Below are positions 36,074 to 44,241 of a stretch of 64,000 nt of DNA, one piece after another. The position numbers and the translations under genes were made by a program. Below the pieces are notes generated by a model. The model did not search any database. It had not been told where the DNA came from and saw only the letters and a list, made by a program, of their open reading frames with translations. Position 1 is the stretch's first letter; every line of letters starts with the position of its first letter. This DNA comes from a virus. The stretch lies in IMG/VR virus record IMGVR_UViG_3300042516_003202; one strand, given 5' to 3'.

Positions 36074-36487
36074 ATCTCGTGCAATGTGTGTGTATTGTAT
36101 CATGCATAGTGGCGATATGCAAGATCTTGATAGTCTTGCCCATCTCGTGCATAATCGTCATCCTCGTGCAGATCTCGTGTATGATTCTCGTAGTACGAAT
36201 CCTCGTCGAGACTGCAATCGTTGCCATAGAAATCGATCTCGTAATCGTCGTACATAGTAGTTTGATGAACGCTTGTGTATTGTACCATGATCTCGTAGAG
36301 AGTGCAAGCCCCATAACGCTCGCCCAGATCTCGTACCAGATAATGATACTGTTATATATGCATATAATGCTTGAAATGTTATGAAACGCACATATCTCGT
36401 AAGTGTTGTATGATGATATAATCTCGTGCAGATCTCGTAGTATTATGATGTCTTATGAGTCTCGTAGCGATCTCGTGCGGATCTCGT
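36074..36487. repeat. ATCTCGT heptamer cluster II / GATC-dense region
   Basis: 11 perfect ATCTCGT copies; 15 GATC sites between 35928 and 36483. Confidence 0.85.
36100..36255 (-). CDS. conserved cyanophage small acidic protein (51 aa)
   Basis: MYDDYEIDF..DYQDLAYRHYA; own promoter TTGCAC-17-TACAAT at 36279-36307. Confidence 0.75.
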   Translation of the reverse strand: MYDDYEIDFYGNDCSLDEDSYYENHTRDLHEDDDYARDGQDYQDLAYRHYA

Positions 36488-36517
36488 AACAGTTTTATGG
36501 GGGCGGCGGGGTAAAAC

Positions 36518-36546
36518 TTGACAAACTGCGCGTGTTATGCTATGCT
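36518..36546 (+). promoter_or_regulatory. sigma70 promoter TTGACA-17-TATGCT
   Basis: points toward the 10-bp repeats and the GIY-YIG gene. Confidence 0.75.
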
Positions 36547-36560
36547 CGCCAACCTCACAA

Positions 36561-36670
36561 GACTCAGAAGGATTCAGAAGCATTCAGAAGGATTCAGAGG
36601 CATTTACAAGCATTCGGAGGCATTTACAAGCATTCAAACATATTTACACCCATTTAAAACCATATAACAC
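36561..36670 (+). repeat. tandem degenerate 10-bp repeat (consensus CATT(C/T)A(G/C)AAG) x11
   Basis: gactcagaag gattcagaag cattcagaag gattcagagg catttacaag cattcggagg catttacaag cattcaaaca tatttacacc catttaaaac catataacac. Confidence 0.88.
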
Positions 36671-36798
36671 TATCATTATATCACACAATAACAAATTTTT
36701 CTCAATATTGTCATTCTCACACATACGAAAAAGTCTCATAATTAGAATAGTATCCAATACACTATAACTAGTGTATAAAACACTATGCATTTAAACAC

Positions 36799-37548
36799 AT
36801 GGCAAGGGGTATTATCTACCTAATCACAAACAAAGAGAATGGATTAAAGTACGTGGGAAGCACTCTCTTACCCATGAACAAAGAATGGCAGGCACACATT
36901 CAATCAGCAAACAAAATGTCTCCTGAACCATTACACAGAGCATTTCGTCAATATGGAATACATCGTTTTACAATACAAGAACTAGATGAATGTGATGAAA
37001 GAGAATTGAATGAGAAAAGAGAACAGTGGATAAGACACTATGACTCTTATAATGGAGAGAACTATAACTATCGTGTCTTTGAAGAAGAAGAAGATGATGA
37101 AGAAGATTTAGTACCTATCATACCAGAAACAATTAATAAACCAAAGTATAGGCATACATTTAACAATCAAGATCGTAAAAACATTAAACGTACTGGACAT
37201 AAAGTACAAGGTAAGCATCTTGAAACTGGTGAGATCAAGATATGGGAATCGGCAGCACTAGCAGCAGAAGAAGTGACAGGTAATGCAAGAAAGAATTCAA
37301 ATATAATGACTTGTGCCCGTAACTGTTATAGATGTTATGGATATAAATGGTCAGTTGTTGAAGAACATAATAAGAAAAGATCTGTGTTTGGCATACACAA
37401 AAAAACGGAGAGATTAGGTCCCCGTTATGAGAGTATTACTGAAGCAATGAAAGCACTACGTGGCAATAGTGCTGGATTAGGTTTAATTAAAAGTTTGAAA
37501 CATCCTGGGCGATATAGTTATAGAGGATTCTATTGGTATTATGGTTGA
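36799..37548 (+). CDS. GIY-YIG family protein with two NUMOD1/IENR1-like DNA-binding repeats (possibly inactive)
   Basis: GIIYLITN..KYVGST, RAFRQYG..FTI, NYN; C-terminal WESAALAAEEV..CYGYKW and YESITEAMKAL..YRGFYW. Confidence 0.8.
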   Translation: MARGIIYLITNKENGLKYVGSTLLPMNKEWQAHIQSANKMSPEPLHRAFRQYGIHRFTIQELDECDERELNEKREQWIRHYDSYNGENYNYRVFEEEEDDEEDLVPIIPETINKPKYRHTFNNQDRKNIKRTGHKVQGKHLETGEIKIWESAALAAEEVTGNARKNSNIMTCARNCYRCYGYKWSVVEEHNKKRSVFGIHKKTERLGPRYESITEAMKALRGNSAGLGLIKSLKHPGRYSYRGFYWYYG

Positions 37549-37793
37549 ACCCATTTATCAAGAGGACATTTGGCAGCAGTGTAAATAACTTTATTTTCTA
37601 AAAAGCATCCGCAATTCTTACATCTAATAGACTCTGCATGATACTCTGGGCATGAGCGACATATGGATAATCTACGATCTTTTTCTTCATCAGTTGCAAA
37701 TATCTCATTACCTGAGATAGCATCCATAATTGCATCTTGAATTAATGAAACTAAATTATTTGCTTGTTCTGGTATAGATGGAAATTCGCTCAT
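37539..37793 (-). CDS. small 6-Cys protein, paralog 3
   Basis: RLSICRSCPEY..CKNCGCFLENK..CPLDKW; start at ATG next to upstream stop. Confidence 0.8.
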   Translation of the reverse strand: MSEFPSIPEQANNLVSLIQDAIMDAISGNEIFATDEEKDRRLSICRSCPEYHAESIRCKNCGCFLENKVIYTAAKCPLDKWVQP

Positions 37794-37794
37794 G

Positions 37795-38043
37795 TTACCA
37801 TTTATCAATTGGGCATTTTGATTGTTGAATTTTAACTTTGTGCTTAAGAAAGCAACCACACTGTTTACAACGTTTGCTTGTTTTAGCAAAGTGCTCACAT
37901 CGTTGACAATGATACATTCTTTCTTTTTGCAATTCTTCAGATGCAAGAATTGGTTGATCAGACATAATCACATCCTTTGCAAGATTTGCCAGGTTTTTTG
38001 CCTGATCAAATAATGAAGGAAATTCAGTCGGTGACTGGGACAT
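37795..38043 (-). CDS. small 6-Cys protein, paralog 2
   Basis: RMYHCQRCEHF..CKQCGCFLKHK..CPIDKW. Confidence 0.8.
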   Translation of the reverse strand: MSQSPTEFPSLFDQAKNLANLAKDVIMSDQPILASEELQKERMYHCQRCEHFAKTSKRCKQCGCFLKHKVKIQQSKCPIDKW

Positions 38044-38353
38044 GATTTTCAATTTTCTCAAGTAATTCTTTTGCTCCAGATAACCAACCTTCTTTATCTG
38101 CACCCCAGCGATCAATTGGACATGATTCGCCAGTATCTTCTGTTTTATTTGGAAGATAGCATCCACAACGCTTACAATCTAATCGTTTTGGATCAAATTG
38201 ATCACATCCTCTACAAATTTCCATACGCTTTTCTGCTGTTTCTGGGGAAACTGCAAAGTTAATTGATCCGGGTGATGCAATTTTTGAGTGATCAGTAAAA
38301 TATAAATTGAATTCCCAAAAAAGATCAAGCAATTTTTCTTTATCGTAAGTCAT
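38024..38353 (-). CDS. small 6-Cys protein, paralog 1
   Basis: RMEICRGCDQF..CKRCGCYLPNK..CPIDRW; late-type TAATAAATA upstream. Confidence 0.8.
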   Translation of the reverse strand: MTYDKEKLLDLFWEFNLYFTDHSKIASPGSINFAVSPETAEKRMEICRGCDQFDPKRLDCKRCGCYLPNKTEDTGESCPIDRWGADKEGWLSGAKELLEKIENHVPVTD

Positions 38354-38380
38354 AGTTTTTTCAAGATTTTTGAATATTTA

Positions 38381-39637
38381 TTAGTAACCACCGATGATGT
38401 TTCCACCACCTTCAACTACAGTATAACCAGAACCTGCGATTCCTCTTCCACCAGCACCAGCACTTCCTGGTCCTGTAGTATTTCCACCAGATTCTCCCCA
38501 ACGTCCTCCAGATCCTCCTGATGTTCCTGGATTTCCTGCATTGCCCGGAGTTCCTGGATTTCCATTAGATCCTCTGTTTTCAGTACTCCAATTATCACGA
38601 CATCTTTGCCAAGTATTTCCTGCATTACCAGCATTTCCTGGATTTCCTGGATTTCCTACTCCACCTTCAAGTGAAGATCCTGGACCATAATTTGTCCATC
38701 CACGTCCACGTCCACCAGTTCCACCAGTTCCTTTAGTTCCTGCATTTCCCTTGAATCCTTTGGTTCCAGGATCACGACTTTCATTTTGAACTCTTCTACA
38801 TTCCCAATCACGATATTGACCACACCATCCACATCTTCCTTGGCGATTGTGACAATATTCTCTGCGATAACCACTTGGGCATCCACCACAAGGACTACAG
38901 CAACTTCTTCCAGTATTATTGTCTACCTTTCTACATCTTGCTGCGGATCCATCAGTTCCATCAGCTCCGGCAGATCCATCAGTTCCATCAGAACCACCTT
39001 CACCACCACCTCCACCGCCACGTATGAATCCACTACCAACAACAGCAACTTTCAGTGGGCGATTGGTGACAAATCTTGCTCCTGGTCCTCCAGGATTTCC
39101 ACTTCCTCCACCTACTGCTCCACCTTCTCCACCACATCCTCTAACGGTTCCAGAAACTTCAACATACATGTTAGGGGCATCAACATCTGGAGAGAATCCT
39201 AATGCAGCAGTATTAGGGTCTGGATTATTGCATCCAACTTCACCTGTGATGTAAACATTCTTTTTAATGTTTTTAGTCATATTCCCACCCCATGGAATTC
39301 CACCAGGTGCATGGGCTGCTCTTCCGAGTCTAAATCCATATCCAGATGAATCATTATCAGCATCAGTTCCAGACTGCACAGCTTCGTATTCTTTACAAGA
39401 TCCACGAAACTGTGAAGTCTTCCAACCTGATTGAGTAGTTACTATGTTTGAATTTTCATCTGCATCCGGAACAACTGGATTTTCAGTGTAAATGCTGGTA
39501 TTACGAATTAACTGCGATGCCTTAACTGCTCCAGTATCAGTCTCTTTAAAAACTTGTCTTAGTGAACTGAATGGTATTGCTCCAGAATTAAAATGAAAAG
39601 TAGTATTAATTGAAACCGCCATTACCTGTTCAAACAA
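38381..39637 (-). CDS. Gly-rich tail-fiber/adhesin-like protein with collagen-like and Cys-rich insert
   Basis: N-terminal ..KTSQFRGS, polyglycine motifs (RGCGGEGG, RGGGGGGEGG, GGSGGRWGE, GAGGRGI), G-X-Y runs and a 9-Cys loop; late-type CTAAATA upstream. Confidence 0.7.
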   Translation of the reverse strand: MFEQVMAVSINTTFHFNSGAIPFSSLRQVFKETDTGAVKASQLIRNTSIYTENPVVPDADENSNIVTTQSGWKTSQFRGSCKEYEAVQSGTDADNDSSGYGFRLGRAAHAPGGIPWGGNMTKNIKKNVYITGEVGCNNPDPNTAALGFSPDVDAPNMYVEVSGTVRGCGGEGGAVGGGSGNPGGPGARFVTNRPLKVAVVGSGFIRGGGGGGEGGSDGTDGSAGADGTDGSAARCRKVDNNTGRSCCSPCGGCPSGYRREYCHNRQGRCGWCGQYRDWECRRVQNESRDPGTKGFKGNAGTKGTGGTGGRGRGWTNYGPGSSLEGGVGNPGNPGNAGNAGNTWQRCRDNWSTENRGSNGNPGTPGNAGNPGTSGGSGGRWGESGGNTTGPGSAGAGGRGIAGSGYTVVEGGGNIIGGY

Positions 39638-39668
39638 AGGTGAATCTATCTTTGTTTATTTAGAAAGA

Positions 39669-39821
39669 TTAACTAAAATCTGGGACTATTTCCACATTAG
39701 TAAATTGCTGTTCCTTAACATGTTTTTCCCACATAATGGCATCCTCAATATTATAGAAAGTTGCCACTTGTTTGGATACGGATTTCTTTTTGTTTTTGTT
39801 GTAGATAACCTGGTACTTCAT
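39669..39821 (-). CDS. conserved cyanophage small protein
   Basis: MKYQVIY..QVATFYNIEDAIMWEKHV. Confidence 0.7.
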   Translation of the reverse strand: MKYQVIYNKNKKKSVSKQVATFYNIEDAIMWEKHVKEQQFTNVEIVPDFS

Positions 39822-40023
39822 GAGGAGATTCAATAAAGATTTCAATGATTGTTTCATCATTCCAGTGTCGTATGACACCAGCAACGATGAAACAGTTAGT
39901 AATCAGATAAGTTGCAAAGATTACAGTGCGAATAACTGCAACTCTATCTGATTCTTTGTCACATTTGGATGCTTTTTCGCCCAGTGCTTTTGCCCACCAT
40001 CTCCATGGACTTTTAGGTTTCAT
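39751..40023 (-). CDS. conserved membrane protein
   Basis: WRWWAKALGEKA..IRTVIFATYLITNCFIVAGVIRHW. Confidence 0.72.
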   Translation of the reverse strand: MKPKSPWRWWAKALGEKASKCDKESDRVAVIRTVIFATYLITNCFIVAGVIRHWNDETIIEIFIESPHEVPGYLQQKQKEIRIQTSGNFL

Positions 40024-40255
40024 AGACTGATTTCCTGGATCTGACATATTCTAACTGATTCCATTGATTTTGGTAGCAAAGCACAAGTAATCGTTCGTTT
40101 TCATGTAAGGAACAGGCATAAAGATTTTCTGAATCTTTGGGGCGAACGTTTACCTCAATTGTAATATATTCTTTTCCTTTGAAATAAATCCACCCTTCAA
40201 CGCCTTTGCCGTTGTTCCATATTACATAATCGTTGATCTGTGGTTCGTATTTCAT
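40013..40255 (-). CDS. conserved cyanophage hypothetical protein
   Basis: YEPQINDYVIW..EGWIYFK..YITIE. Confidence 0.7.
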   Translation of the reverse strand: MKYEPQINDYVIWNNGKGVEGWIYFKGKEYITIEVNVRPKDSENLYACSLHENERLLVLCYQNQWNQLEYVRSRKSVYET

Positions 40256-40258
40256 ACA

Positions 40259-40489
40259 TCAAGTAATAAACACATCAACAATACGGGATTTCTCTTCGCT
40301 TGCCAGAGCAAACTTATGAGCATTCACCACACGCTCCATGATACGATCAGTGTAACGATCATCAAAATCATTACAGTTGGAAAGAATCTCAAATGCTTCT
40401 GTATCAGATTCTGCAATCAAACTAATCGTGCCGCCATATTCCGAAGAAGGAAAAGGAACCCAGTAGGTGACGATGTAAAGATACTTCAT
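40259..40489 (-). CDS. conserved cyanophage hypothetical protein
   Basis: YIVTYWVPFPSSEYGG. Confidence 0.72.
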   Translation of the reverse strand: MKYLYIVTYWVPFPSSEYGGTISLIAESDTEAFEILSNCNDFDDRYTDRIMERVVNAHKFALASEEKSRIVDVFIT

Positions 40490-40502
40490 TTGCTGTTTTA
40501 AA

Positions 40503-40673
40503 TTACTCCTTGATTGTAGTCGAATGGTTGAGATTTGTCAATTGGCGTTGTAGTTCACATTTCATAGAAATTAAATGCGAATACAAAAAAGATTGATACT
40601 CATTACCTTCAGTTAAAGCGGTAAGGTTATCAATCTGCATCAATGCCAAGATCAGTTTTGTTTGATCACTCAT
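40503..40673 (-). CDS. small hypothetical protein (56 aa)
   Basis: manual translation MSDQTKLILALMQIDNL..ELQRQLT. Confidence 0.6.
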   Translation of the reverse strand: MSDQTKLILALMQIDNLTALTEGNEYQSFLYSHLISMKCELQRQLTNLNHSTTIKE

Positions 40674-40885
40674 CACATGAACTCTGCCATATAGTAGTCA
40701 ACAGTAACCTCAAGTTCTGCTGCTTTTTGTTCAATCTCATCTTCAATAATCATCCTTGATTTCTCTTTACGCATTTCATACTCAAGATATGCTTGCTTGG
40801 CATTGTAATACATTTCTTGTGCTTCTGCGTGCTTGCTGAAATCCATGAATGCCTTGATGAATTGTTTGATGTCGTCTTTGTTCAT
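40673..40885 (-). CDS. hypothetical protein
   Basis: MNKDDIKQF..AAELEVTVDYYMAEFM; ATGA overlap. Confidence 0.7.
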   Translation of the reverse strand: MNKDDIKQFIKAFMDFSKHAEAQEMYYNAKQAYLEYEMRKEKSRMIIEDEIEQKAAELEVTVDYYMAEFM

Positions 40886-41040
40886 TTTTTGTTGTAAGGG
40901 CAGTCGGGATGATGTGTGAAGCGAGCACATGATTCATGTGCTTTGAAAAGTTCTTGATCACGTTTGATCAACATACCATTCCACATCAGAATGGCAATCA
41001 CACCAAGATAGATGTAAGATGTTTTCATCACTATTATAGG

Positions 41041-41244
41041 TCAGAAGGAGGGCACCACGTCGTAGCGTAGTCCAGTTTCCGATCTGTCCATTCGCTCCCA
41101 GATCGTGTAAAGTTTATTATAAAGTGCTGAAGCACTACCATACTCCCTAGAAAGACGGATTTCATCTGCATTTTCTAGATTTTGAATTGCAGAGAGGATA
41201 ATACCAATCTCATGCACATTTAGATTTACATTCATTTCTTTCAT
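41041..41244 (-). CDS. hypothetical protein
   Basis: MKEMNVNLNVHEIGIILSA.. Confidence 0.7.
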   Translation of the reverse strand: MKEMNVNLNVHEIGIILSAIQNLENADEIRLSREYGSASALYNKLYTIWERMDRSETGLRYDVVPSF

Positions 41245-41246
41245 TT

Positions 41247-41633
41247 TTAGTCCCAACTAACGTTTTGAAGTAGAAAACCAGGCATCACATATGTCCAGGC
41301 ACCAAGTCCATCAGCACCACCAGTACCACCAATTTTATACTCCCATTTGTATTCATATTTGTTATGACTGTCCCAAGTCATATATCCTTTCTCTTGGTCA
41401 AAGCGTCCTTTGATAGTCAACGCATGTTTGTTAGAGTAGATATTGCGTGTGCGAAGGGCACCACTCTTTTCACGTGTTTCAACTACCTTACATACATCAG
41501 GATAGGTTTGATCACCTGCCTCAAGCATACAAGGAGTTTCGTATGTAAAGGGGCGATATGATACTTTTTGTTCTTGTGCAACTGCAGGAGCAGCAGCAAT
41601 CAGAACAGTGACAAGAGCAAGCAGTTTTTTCAT
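41247..41633 (-). CDS. secreted protein with signal peptide
   Basis: MKKLLALVTVLIAAAPAVA|QE. Confidence 0.75.
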   Translation of the reverse strand: MKKLLALVTVLIAAAPAVAQEQKVSYRPFTYETPCMLEAGDQTYPDVCKVVETREKSGALRTRNIYSNKHALTIKGRFDQEKGYMTWDSHNKYEYKWEYKIGGTGGADGLGAWTYVMPGFLLQNVSWD

Positions 41634-41766
41634 GATTTCAAATGTTTGATGAGTTCTGGAAAATTTGCGTGTCCTTTGTATAATATACCACCGATTACCA
41701 GTATGTCAAGTAGAAGGAGCACTACTAACATAATGACAACGTAGAGTGCATCTTTCTCTGATTTAT

Positions 41767-42084
41767 TCATCCGATGACTCTCCAGCAGACAACAGCATTG
41801 CCCTTGCGTGGAGAAGCGATATGAGCGAAAGCACCATAAGAAAGATCCAAGTCAGCATGAGAATATGGACCACGATCATTCACCCTCACAATTACTTGTT
41901 TACCATTGTCTTGGTTTGTAACCCTAATTTTGCTTCCCATACGAAGGTAAGGGTGAGCAGCAGTCCAACGGTAAGCATCAAATCGTTCTCCATTTGCAGT
42001 TATATTACCATGAAAACCATCACCAACACCGTAGAATGTAGCAATTCCACATGTAAGTCCAGCAATCAGTGTTTCAATCATCAT
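41767..42084 (-). CDS. rlpA: RlpA-like (double-psi beta-barrel) lytic transglycosylase
   Basis: ATFYG..TANGERF..TAAH..G..VRVNDRGPY..LDLS..AF. Confidence 0.88.
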   Translation of the reverse strand: MMIETLIAGLTCGIATFYGVGDGFHGNITANGERFDAYRWTAAHPYLRMGSKIRVTNQDNGKQVIVRVNDRGPYSHADLDLSYGAFAHIASPRKGNAVVCWRVIG

Positions 42085-42284
42085 TTCAATTCAATTCGGT
42101 CAAAAAGTAGCATACCTATCTCAAAAAGTAAATCCTCATCCATGTCACCCATAGTGTTGCGAATACCTCCAATAATTGCGGTTTGCAGAACCTCTATAAA
42201 AGATTCGTCCATAGAGACATAATCAATTACCGCTGGTTTGAGTGCGTCAGCAATTTTAGAAACAGATTGAGTGGAGAGATTCAT
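42081..42284 (-). CDS. hypothetical protein
   Basis: 67-aa ORF in overlapping operon. Confidence 0.65.
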   Translation of the reverse strand: MNLSTQSVSKIADALKPAVIDYVSMDESFIEVLQTAIIGGIRNTMGDMDEDLLFEIGMLLFDRIELK

Positions 42285-42724
42285 TTGTTTGTTTTTTTGT
42301 AAAGGTCAATTAAATCATTATCAAACCAAAGTCTTTTATCAGATTCACAAATAACGCTTTTCATCTTATTGCGAATCTCTTCCCATTCTTCAAGAGTCGT
42401 ATTTATACTTACATCATTAAGATGTGTAAGAATAAAACCAATAAAAGAATGCTGATTTTCCATAACATCAATCATATCTTGTGAACGCCAATTTTCACGA
42501 CACAAGATATTAATTGCCTTTGGACTTTTGACCTTTTGAATCATTGGATAAATTCCAACTCTTTCAAATACACGATCCTCACGATGTGGATGTTTTTTCA
42601 TATCTTTTTTCCATTCAGCAACTTGTTTTTGTGAAAGTTGAAAAAAATGATACTCACAATCGGAGAGTTCTTCATTAATTAACTCCCATTCAGAAAAATT
42701 CAACCAAACATTACGACGTGACAT
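42281..42724 (-). CDS. hypothetical protein
   Basis: MSRRNVWLNFSEW.. 147 aa. Confidence 0.65.
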   Translation of the reverse strand: MSRRNVWLNFSEWELINEELSDCEYHFFQLSQKQVAEWKKDMKKHPHREDRVFERVGIYPMIQKVKSPKAINILCRENWRSQDMIDVMENQHSFIGFILTHLNDVSINTTLEEWEEIRNKMKSVICESDKRLWFDNDLIDLYKKTNK

Positions 42725-42726
42725 GA

Positions 42727-42885
42727 TCAGTTTTCGGGGTAGAGTTTCCAACCATCAGGGTAAATACCCATTTCTTCGCAACGCACTTCATAGGCAATAC
42801 GTTGCAGGAAACGCAGATCCATCTCCTCAACTGCTTTCACAATAGAGCGGCGGATCTGCTTGTCTTGAATGGTGTCTGTGATCAT
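42727..42885 (-). CDS. conserved small protein (52 aa)
   Basis: manual translation MITDTIQDKQIRRSIVKAVEEMDLR..; palindrome-type promoter upstream. Confidence 0.7.
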   Translation of the reverse strand: MITDTIQDKQIRRSIVKAVEEMDLRFLQRIAYEVRCEEMGIYPDGWKLYPEN

Positions 42886-43003
42886 CGGGTGTTCCCTTGA
42901 TTACCTTGTAATTATACTGCCTGCAGCAGGCGGTTGGGTAACACCTGTGCCACTTATAGCACTGTCATATGATGTGCTATATAAAAAAACAAAGATTTTA
43001 TTC

Positions 43004-43621
43004 ATGGAAATAATAGATCACATAGCAATTTTTAAAAATGCTGTTCCACAAAATATTTGTGAAGATTTCATCAATTTTTTTGAAGATGTTCAAAATTCAA
43101 GAATAGGACGTAAGTTTAAATATCAAGGTAATGAATTTGACGCTGAAGAAGTAGGTGATGACGGAAAAAATCAATTTAAAGAAGGTGTATATGGAAGATC
43201 TGATAAGGCATTATGGATTGATAAATTTGATACGAAACTAACCAACATATGCTACGATTTTTTAGGAAAGGCATTTGAGCAATATGCCGCAGAATATCCC
43301 GACCTTCAAAACACTCCCCTAACAGTTCTTGACGTTAAAATGCAAAGAACTGATCCTGGAGGAGGTTATCACGTTTGGCACTCAGAGAGTTCACATTATA
43401 CTTCATCAAATAGAGTTTTAGTTTGGATGATATATTTGAATGATATTCCAAAGGGAGAGGGAGAAACTGAGTTTTTTACTCAACGACTTAGATTTCATCC
43501 AGAAAGAGGAACCATTCTACTTTGGCCAGCAGGATATACTCATGCACATAGGGGAAATTTCGTAAGAACAACATCAAAATATGTAATAACTGGATGGTTT
43601 ATTATAGTAAATAATGATTAA
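43004..43621 (+). CDS. 2OG-Fe(II) oxygenase (prolyl-4-hydroxylase-like)
   Basis: MQRT.PGGGYHVWHSE..RVLVWMIYLND..GETEF..WPAGYTHAHRGN..KYVITGW. Confidence 0.9.
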   Translation: MEIIDHIAIFKNAVPQNICEDFINFFEDVQNSRIGRKFKYQGNEFDAEEVGDDGKNQFKEGVYGRSDKALWIDKFDTKLTNICYDFLGKAFEQYAAEYPDLQNTPLTVLDVKMQRTDPGGGYHVWHSESSHYTSSNRVLVWMIYLNDIPKGEGETEFFTQRLRFHPERGTILLWPAGYTHAHRGNFVRTTSKYVITGWFIIVNND

Positions 43622-43623
43622 TT

Positions 43624-44094
43624 TTATAATATATGTCTTGGCAATGTAGAAAAAAATTTTACATTATCTCTCAATTGTATTTTTTCTCTACAATACTGGT
43701 CGTAGAGCGTTTCTTCCTGCTCCCGTGCTTCTACTTCATGTGGTTGATACCAATACTCATACTTCTCCACAGGTTCTTTAGAATAACATAATTTCCCATA
43801 ACGAACCCGCAGTGAACCCACCACCCATTGCCTAAGGTGAGCAAGTTCATGTAAAAGAGTTTTTATATACAACTCCTCATCCATATAAGTATCAAGTTCA
43901 ATTAAGAATTGACGAGGGCGATATTGCTCACCTACTATGTCACAATAACCATTCACACCTTCACGTTTCAATCCACGATGAAGAATTTCAACGTGGATCT
44001 TATGGCGTGGAAAGAATTTGTTTAGAAACCAAGTGGTAACGTCCTCACAGAGGCGCTTGCGATAACCGTATCCAGAATACGTGATGTAAGACAT
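43624..44094 (-). CDS. putative zinc metallopeptidase
   Basis: LLHELAHLRQ (HExxH) and downstream QPHEVEA. Confidence 0.75.
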   Translation of the reverse strand: MSYITYSGYGYRKRLCEDVTTWFLNKFFPRHKIHVEILHRGLKREGVNGYCDIVGEQYRPRQFLIELDTYMDEELYIKTLLHELAHLRQWVVGSLRVRYGKLCYSKEPVEKYEYWYQPHEVEAREQEETLYDQYCREKIQLRDNVKFFSTLPRHIL

Positions 44095-44241
44095 GAACCC
44101 CAGTGCAAAAACCAAACAAAAGAACCAAGAAAAATAAGTTTGTCAGTCGTTGTCATCATCAGTGAATTGCATCAGAACATAATTGAAGGCGACTGCACCA
44201 AGCATGGCAACAGACCACCAAAAAAAGATCATTAACATGAT

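Noticed and set aside
26400-36500. Cyanobacterial HIP1 (GCGATCGC) repeats
   Set aside because: Many GCGATC or GATCGC hexamers were seen, but no complete octamer.
36058-36767. ORFs 36058-36384, 36066-36314, 36158-36391 and 36537-36767
   Set aside because: They are translations of the ATCTCGT and 10-bp repeats; only 36100-36255 has a promoter and a conserved protein pattern.
42869-43003. N-terminal extension of the 2OG oxygenase in the ORF track
   Set aside because: It runs through the divergent promoter and palindrome; the ATG at 43004 fits homologue length.
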